Shown: positions 55,150-64,000 of the stretch, one piece after another
How the letters are laid out: each line of letters opens with the position of its first letter
Position numbering within the stretch: the first letter of the stretch is position 1
DNA from: Trichoplax sp. H2
Lineage: Eukaryota
NCBI GenBank assembly: GCA_003344405.1
Contig: NOWV01000118.1
Location: 124,001-188,000 of the forward strand
Direction of reading: 5' to 3'
Length of the DNA stretch: 64,000 nt
Program-made: the position numbers and the translations under genes
Notes under the pieces: model-generated
The model's database searches: none
What the model saw: only the letters and a program-made list of their open reading frames with translations
What the model was told of the DNA's origin: nothing

Positions 55150-58100
55150 TCATACAATTCGATGCAACTGAGCTCTCATAATACTACGTGGAACTCCTTT
55201 AGTTGATTCAACGAGATTGGATTCACAGCGTTTAAATGGTCCACCTTTAGAAGTAGAATTAAATCGACCAGGACGCATTGCTGAATTATTTATACCTGCT
55301 GCCGTTACAGTCGATTTAATTCTCGACATGTACAGTTCATCACCTAATATTTCGAAATAATTCAACTTAGCATATAGAAATTGCAGACGTTATATTTCAT
55401 AACCTTGCCTATTAAAATTTTAAAGTTATTTAAGCTACTGAAATGATTGATTGACATTACCTAATAGCGACATTATTGGTATTTTATATAAGGCACACGA
55501 ATTTAATCGTTGTGTTACTACGCCTTGAGAGCTATTCGAACCAATAGAAGCTGATCGTGTTGGTAGTGTTGCGAAATAGATGTCAAACTACAGGAATTAG
55601 GCAGTAAAACATTACAATCCGTTCATTATATAAAAGCATCTACTGCAATCTAAATTTATAAGCAGTGGGCTCGTAGTGTTAGTTTCTATTACAGTTATAT
55701 TTTCCTTAATACAAATTTAGATTTATAGCAGCATCATGGATCGATGAATTAAAAATGAATTATATGCTAAACTGCTTCAATTTGCTAGCTAGTTTACATT
55801 GACTTTGAGATGAATAATGACAAGAATAGTCTACTTAATTATCACAATCATTATTCATTTAAAGCTATAGAAATTCTTTCCACAACGACAGTAAAAGATG
55901 ATGACATCTCTTAAATTAGTGAACGAATAACGCAGTCAGTCAGATATTACCTTGGATGTAATAAACTGAATTTCTGGAAATGTAATAGCTTGAACCAAGC
56001 ATCCATTAACGACCAATCTGATTTCGATATAATTTAATGCAAATCCCAACAAATATGGATAAGCACAAACTGAAATGTAACAATTTATAATATTAACTAG
56101 TAATCAGTCAAAGATGGCACTAATCTATTAAATCTGGCTTAATTTAACAGAACGATCTAAATCTTTCCTGTGCATTGACTGACAAGCTAGCTACTTTACC
56201 GATATAAAGTGGTGGATGATTCCAGTAGTAACTGCTGATATATGAAACTTCTCGACCAAGTCCAAGGAGGAAAGAAACATCTAAATTATCAAAAAATAAG
56301 AGCAAATAATATGTTAAAAGGTTAAGAATTTACAACGGTAGCACAATTCGATGTAAATGACAAATTAAATTAACATTTACACTACTAAGTTTATATTGCA
56401 TTCGATAGATATGACTATTTTATTTCATCGACTTACGATTGCCAGTCAGGAATACTTCCGGCTTACCAGCTTCATCATAAACATTGACCGGATTAACTAA
56501 GTTGATGGCCTATGTTAAGAAAATTACAAGTAAGTTACCGAGATTCAGAGAAATGGCAAGAAAAGAAATAAAATTCTGAAATTGATCTTACTATGTAATC
56601 GAGTATTGAAATAGAAATCTATCTTTAGTTGTCAGTACTTACCTTCTTTTTATGACGTTTCTTAGATTTGACTTCTTCAAACTAATATTAAGAATTGAAA
56701 TTGTGGTTAATGTTACAATAAATTGTGTTATTATCTTCAAAATTATTTCAATTTTTCTATATTAATAATATGTATAGTTTCTTTTACGTTTTAAAATATC
56801 TGAATATTACGGTTTTCATCAGAGTTACAACGTTTGCTCAATTTCGCCTTTTAAAATAGAATTCATATAGAGATAGCTACCTGTCCGAACGCCTCTAATC
56901 GATGGACCTTTTTGATATCGCCAGTTGATTCCTCGATAATTTCAAAATGTTCTTTATAGCCAACACAAATTAGATCCGATTCGGGTTGATGCCCACTCGC
57001 CACCGATATTAACGTCGGCTCTTGACCGAGCGAAATATCCTGTATGAAATTTCAACCGTTATTTATAGTAATAATGATTAAGCAATACCGATTTAGGTGT
57101 TTTCCTCTACTTATTAATATCGCCTTCAAGATAGTTGCTTCGAGACTAATTTACCTAATAGTTAAGTATTTATAGCATAGAGTACAACTATTTATTAACG
57201 AAAGCTACGGAATGTATGCCCTTATAGAAGCTAACCGTTGCTAAATAATAGATTTTAAATGCATTGGAGACCTAAAGTACCATTTGAGTGCATTATGTTA
57301 TAAGACTACTTTATCGATTACCGTACGAAATATAACAATATTTTAAGACTATATTACTTAATATATTCCTTTTCATCATAGAATAATAAAGGCCAATACT
57401 ACTCTAATGTAACAGAGCATAATTGGTCAAGAATACATCAATTTATTTTAGTAAATCTCATGTAGGGCGGCACTTAACCCTTGATCAAAATATTTCTTTC
57501 GTTGTAGTAGCTAAGTTTACGCAATGTGCTCAAGAAATACCTGAGATTTAACAAATCGTTCAATCAAGTCTTGCGGCGATATTTGAAGCCTGTGTTCAAA
57601 TTCATCTAACCCACTTAGCGTTAATATGATTATACGTGCCTTGATTGCCACAGCTACTTTAAGAACGCCATCTTTACTTTGGTTAACTGCATATAAATGG
57701 CAACCTGTTATGTACGGAAAAGTTAGCTAAGCGAATTCCATGCGTTTTCGATTTATTCTTACTTATTGTCTACCTATCATATATGTAAGGTCCATTTTGT
57801 ACAATGCAATTTAATGATATTAGATCTAATCATAAATATTTTTTATAATCTTACCGCGAGTTATCTCTAATCGCCCATCTTTAATGACATCAATTCCTTT
57901 AATTATCGTTGTGCTTGTTTTGTCTCCAACGAATTCATTCAGCATAACAATATACAAGTATTGCCGGGTATCTTTTCCTGCATTAGATCAAATATTAGTG
58001 ACTTGAATTAGAAAGAAGTAATAAAAATTTCTATTTTGGTTAGTAGTTTTTTCGATATTTCACGATCCATTATAGATATTCTTATTGTACAAGTCATAAG

Positions 58101-61100
58101 TTTATTTCAGAATTGATCTCATTATATCGATTTTTTGCAAATTCATCGCTCTATTCGATCCCGATTAATTTAAGAAAAATAACCTAAAGTAACTAACTAT
58201 CAGCAAATGAACTGTAGAGAAAAGTATCGGCTGAAGTATTTCATGAATCCCGCTCGTAGAGTATAAATTAAAATAGATTACCTTTACAATGCCCTCTCAT
58301 GAGTAGAATGTGATGAGATTCCACCGTATTTAATTGATTAATCGTTACGCTAGAATCAATCAATTCTTGATAAGCGTAATCACCTAAAAAATTTTCATAT
58401 TTGATTTTAATATACTGTACTGCAAATAGTGAAATCAATATTAAGGATGTTAAGTCTTAAACATTAGTGGGTAATCATCTAAGATAAATTTTTTGTGTTC
58501 CATTTTTAAAATACTACAAATAGTGAAAAATAGTACTAAGGATATTAATTTTAAAGTACTACAAATAGTGAAACTAATGTTAATAATCTTAAATCTTAAA
58601 ATATCAATCTATATAATCACCTATAGTAAGTGTTCGTATTCGATTTAAAATAATGTGAATAGTTATAGCTAATATTAAGGGTATTAAACCTCAAACATAT
58701 CAATCTGTGTAGTAATCCAAGATAAAATTTAATGTATTGAATTTTAAAATACTGCGAATAGTGAAAGCTAATATTAAGAATATATAATCTCTAAATATCA
58801 ACCTCGGCCTGTTACTGTATGAAAACATTATCAGGTATAAACACCCGTTAATACATAAATAGTACAATCATTAAAGGCAATACTTTATTTCGGCATCTCA
58901 ATAGAGAGAACATTTCGAGAGGCAAAAATATTTAACTACGTAAAATAGTAACACAGAACCATAAGTCTACAGTATCCCTAGTTTAAAACACTCCTTAAAA
59001 TTTATACCAACATCAATGCCTTAGCTTTATATACCTTCTACAAGAAAAACACCCTTTTCTGTTGCAACCACCAAAGAATCACCTTAGAATTTATAAGTTA
59101 AGGAATATTAGACATGGATTCGTAGTTTGAGATAAGTACCAATCGCTAGTGCATATTTGCATTATGCGTAAGAAATATTTGGATAATTTTCGCATGGGTA
59201 GAATAACTGCTGTACTTACCCCAACTGTCACCACAAATGACAGAATGTGGAAAATTAGAGCATACACGATGAGGTAGCCAAGGCTAAAAGATATAATTAA
59301 AAGTGAAAGAAAATCCATATTTCTATATTTTCTCATTATGAGAAGTCATCAAAGATTGATGCAAATGTTAGTTAATGCCGTAGTAATTGAATGTGGAATC
59401 GAATACAAACCTGTCGACGATCTCTCGGACGAGAGCTAGACGTCCCAATAGGTGCACTACCTGCGTTAATGACATCAATTTTAAGAGCAGTACCATATTC
59501 CAAAAATTCTTCACGTTTTCTTTTCGCTTCTGCGCCAGGAAAGGAAGATAGAAGGAATGATCGAGAGTGCAATAGCTGAAAAATAGATTTTAATTAATAA
59601 GATCTGTAAGTGACTGAATTTATATCCGAATTATGTTCATCAGTTCAAATTAGTTATTGATCAAATCTTCAATATAAACACTTCTCACTTCTGGAACAAC
59701 AAGATCCTCATAGACGTTTCGAATTAAAGCTTCAAGTGTTCTTCTTCTTTTATCAGCAAAGACTGGGATATGATACGATGCTTTCTCTCCGTTAATTACT
59801 AATCAATAATAATATTGAAATGATAGAAAAAATGCGAATTTTAAAAAAATTAGCAGTAGATTTCCGATATCAAGCATAAAATACGAGATAATAAGTACAA
59901 GCTAAGTTGCCTAGACTGTAATATCATCATAATTCATGATAAATATTGGTTTTGATTTATTATTTTTCATTTCAGTTATCTTAATTTGCCAAAGCATACG
60001 CAAAAGGCTTACATTTAACAAGAAGAAAATCGCGAAATTCTTGGTGATTGGAGAAAACGGGTGGTTTATGCAATGGTGGGCCGAATAATGGTACAGCATT
60101 ATAAGAATACACAGCTAATCTACAAATCAATCATAACGTCGATATTTAGGAAAGTATATTTCTATAGAATACAAATCCAAATATTCATTTTTAACAAATT
60201 CGTAGTTATAGGATGATGTTTAGTCTATATTTCGTCGCTTTATGATATTAGATCGATATGAAGAATAATTTACTTGTAAGTGTTGTCGATTTTATTATGG
60301 GTTACCAAAGCGAAAACATCTATTTTAGGAGATTAATCGCTCTAGTTAAGGATATTTACTATGTTGCTTATGTAGATATACAAATGGTAGCTTTCATTTG
60401 CTTCAAAATTTAGAGGTAAGGTTACCAGACATTTCTATAAGTGACTCATTATTGTACAAAAGCTATTGTAATGCAATCAAAATAGGATACGTGTGAAATG
60501 GGATTTAATGCCAGTTGGCTTAAATGTAGGTTTCTCCTCTCCATCAATATCTTGAAAGATGATGACGACAATATCATTACCAATATGGCGCTTGCGTTCA
60601 ATCTTGAAGTGAACATTTTATAAAATATAAAATGCCAAACGTGAAGATGCCATGAAATAGGATGTACTAATAGTTAGCCTGGCCATATTTAGAAAGCTCT
60701 AGTAAGTTAAAACTTAGCCCAATCTTTTACCTGTTGTCGATCTGTCGGCTCATACGGAAGCATAGTGGAAACATGAAACATAATTTCTCTTCCTTCATGA
60801 ACGGTATAATAAGAATTTTCTCCAGTTGTATTGCCTATACACGAAGATAGGATCAATAAGAGAGAATACCGTAAGAAAGCAGCTTCAATTGTCTATAATG
60901 TTCGCTCATATGATCAATTGATTATGTTACTGGATGTATTCCTAATATAACACTGTACATGCAAAATTTTACTTACGCTTGACATCAAGACCGCCTCGAT
61001 ATTTATTCCAGTTCTGTAATCGAATTTGATCACCCAATAAATTGATAAAAGCATTGAAGCTTTCACTTCCACTTTCTGTATTAACATATTAGGAAGAGCA

Positions 61101-63557
61101 TAATATAAAACAAATTTCCTCACATTGCTTATTAGCATGATGGCATAAATAGAAACTCAGCTTCGATGGATACATTTACCTCATCAGATACTAATATACC
61201 GCAAGGTATAGACTAAAACATAATTAAAACTTACCATTGCTTAACATTTCATCGTCGCGGACTTGACCTGATCGAGCATAAATAACTCCAAATTTGTGTT
61301 TAATTGCACCCTAAATAGTTACAATATAGAACGAAGGGCAATATAAAGTTCATATGTTCATTTTTCGACAACTTTTATTAATATTAATTGCTCAAAGCCT
61401 GTTTGCGTCTTCCTTTCTTACCTCTTGTTCTTCTAATTGCAGTAATCGCTACGAGAGAAAATAAAATTGTAATTAAGAATTTCGAGCTACGGTAAATGTA
61501 ATCCTTTTCCAGGTAACGTTAGTTATAGTTCAAGTTTTACCTTTTGAAGTGATGGCGTTTGAATTTGTTTAAGATGAGGTTTATCAATATCTTTTAGTGA
61601 AAAAAACCTACAAAATCGAATTGAAGATACCATGAGAAAGCATATTTTGGGGTTATGAAGACAGTTAGAAATGGTCTTTGCAGCCAATTTCTATCACTAC
61701 GGTGATCTAGTGATATTATTAACAGTTATATCATACTGTAAGATTCCTTTTATAGATAAATCTTTCTTTAGTTTCCAAGGTATGCATAATTTTTGGCATC
61801 CCTGTTTAAATAGGAGTAACCATTAAGTAATATTATTAAAATTAATTTGCTCAATTCTGGCAGTAATGGTAAAAAAACTTGCTTTTTTATGCCATAATAT
61901 TGCTCGATATTGCGTAAAATTAGAGTTGTCTGTTTCAGTTACTACTGATACAAAGAATGGCTGCTTTTCTTTATCGAAGCCAACGTAATTGCGATGGACT
62001 ATTCGTTGTATCATATAAAATTAATGAGAGATTTATCATTCAGAATATCTTCTAATATTCAAGTATAATTTTTATGAAGGCTGCAGCATAAGTGCAGAGT
62101 ACATCTACATTATACATTTGAGACGCAGTATCAACAGATTCAGAAGAAGTAAGCCACTCGGTTTATCAATTCTTATACGTACTTAGAATAATTTTTTTTA
62201 GATTCAAATAGCATACTAGCCGTAATTCAGCTTTAATTAGTGTAAATGTAAAATAGCATTGGAATTGGGATGGTAAAATTAAAACTTCATATAATTTCAC
62301 CGATAAAAAATGAGAATTAAGTTCCGATAATAATACTTAATAAACTACTTATAGTGGATAGCAGAATACTTATTACATAAACATATCTAAGATTTAGCAC
62401 AATAAGTTGAATTTTATATAACTTCAATAGTAAGAAAACAGAAATAAATTCCAATAACGTATAAAACTGATTATATTAGACAGCAAAGAGACGATTGCAT
62501 TAATATACAGTAATATTGGATTGGTATCGTAAAAATAAATTCTATAAAATAACGTTAGTAGGCAAAAATGAGAAGTTAATTGTAGTAGCATTACATAATA
62601 AAACTGGTTAGAATAGATAGCAAAGAGACCACTAATTTGACAGCCATAATCAGAGTTGGTTTTTTAATGATTATCTATTAATGAGTATCGAAAATTAACT
62701 GACATCTTGTATATTGCCGAAAATAAATATAACCGTACATATCCCGGACAAATTAACATGAATGCAAATTAATAGAACGCAATCATCTTGACAGAGAGAA
62801 ATATGTACTGGTAATGAAGACCAAGCTTCAATATTAAAAAGTTGGATTATTTTGTAATAAGTATAAACCCCGCTGGTGTTTTTTGCTTTAATGGCTTTGA
62901 TACAAATTAGTATTGAGCCAAATGTAGTAACAAAATATTCATTCTTATTAGTAGAATTTTAATATTACAACAAGATTGTTTTTTTATTTACCCTTTCCTA
63001 GGAAATATTTAAAATACCAGCGGGTTTGACTTTCTGGTTCTTCCAAATGGATTGGACTACTACAACCAGCTTGATATGACTATAACAGATAAAATTGGAA
63101 TTTTATTTGTATCTAGCTCAGCAGCTATAACTTTAATCTTAAATAAGTAGATACAAACCGTGCATACACGAGACTATACCAGCTCACGCACTAAAATAGT
63201 TATAATTTATACGCACAGCTTCATCTAGATTAATTACTTCTACTTAATCTAATATGTAGAAACCAGTATCAAATGTATGAACATTTGCTTATGTATTGTA
63301 CTAATTCAACATCACTTAATGATTTTTTTAAAAACCTTTTCAGCGAAGTACGGTACGCTATCTGAACACTCAACGAGAGTAAATCATTTTTACAACTATA
63401 GACAATGTCACCGTAAAATTATTATACAATTAATAATATAGTCATTCCTTTCTATTCATTAGCGAGACCAGTAGTTGGCATTAACCTGGGTTTCTCCATC
63501 TTCTACACGGTATAAATGGTTATGATCAGGATTATCCTTGGAACCTTCAACCGTCAT
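55150..63557 (-). CDS. GARNL3: RapGAP + CNH domain protein GARNL3 (multi-exon; start codon tentative)
   Basis: Exons read YRVEDGE | IHLEEPESQTRWYFKYFLGK | HRNYVGFDKEKQPFFVSV...QYRAILWHKK | GAIKHKFGVIYARSGQVRDDEMLSN | NTTGENSYYTVHEGREIMFHVSTMLPY | IERKRHIGNDIVVIIFQ | INGEKASYHIPVFADKRRRTL | REEFLEYGTALK. CNH-type exons follow, ending FDIYFAT...LYKIPIMSLLG, with a last exon at 55343-55150. The 5' end may extend beyond the window. Confidence 0.9.
58385..58805. repeat. Degenerate intronic tandem repeat (about 5 TACT.C.AATAGTGAAA units)
   Basis: TACTGCAAATAGTGAAA, TACTACAAATAGTGAAA (x2) and TACTGCGAATAGTGAAA recur at about 45-100-bp spacing in a GARNL3 intron. Confidence 0.7.
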
Positions 63558-64000
63558 GGATATCTAAAAGTTTTTGGTATTTAAAATAGAGATTGCTAAT
63601 TAAATAAATTCGCTTGAAAAGTTTATTCATGATAGCTTTGTGTCTATTTCTAATCTATTGCAGGTATTTGTTGTAAATAGACACATTTAAGATAATAGCT
63701 AGAGAGTTATTTATTTATGCAATGAAATTGTCGAAAGTCGTTGTTTTCAAATTAGCTTGAACTTTTCCGGTAAATAAGAAGATATCTCTTACTATGTTAC
63801 ATGCAATTTGTCAAGGATATCGTAAATTTGAGTTAAAGCTCTGATGCATTGATCACTTTGTATAAATAATTATTTTGACAAACAGGGCCACTCATAATAC
63901 AATATTGAGCTATATACTAGGATACCAAATAATCAAAACGGATATTACAATTTCAAAATACAATTCTTGTCGACGTAGATCGTCCAGTCCTTCACACAAT

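Overview
AT-rich eukaryotic (animal) genomic DNA with many short GT-AG introns. Composition and intron style suggest a placozoan such as Trichoplax, which is my inference. I can assemble five protein-coding genes by hand: PPP1R10/PNUTS (-, 7036-10372); a single-coding-exon MAJIN-like meiotic telomere attachment gene (+, 14669-15565); DENND1/connecdenn (+, about 19638-24761); a giant gene of about 5,217 aa (-, 27778-45456); and GARNL3 (-, 55150-63557). The giant gene splices an N-terminal doublecortin (DCX) domain onto a 14.67-kb last exon. That exon encodes two AKAP-like helices, a very long acidic His-rich repeat region and about 25 YD-like repeats, and an RFX X-box lies at the likely promoter. 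A 20-N gap is flanked by two apparently allelic copies of the same DNA, only one of which carries a Tc1/mariner-type MITE. Non-coding DNA is strongly enriched in TACAGTA/TACTGTA, which look like transposon excision footprints, and contains several degenerate tandem duplications. I recognised no tRNA, rRNA or CRISPR. All homology calls come from remembered sequences, not database searches.
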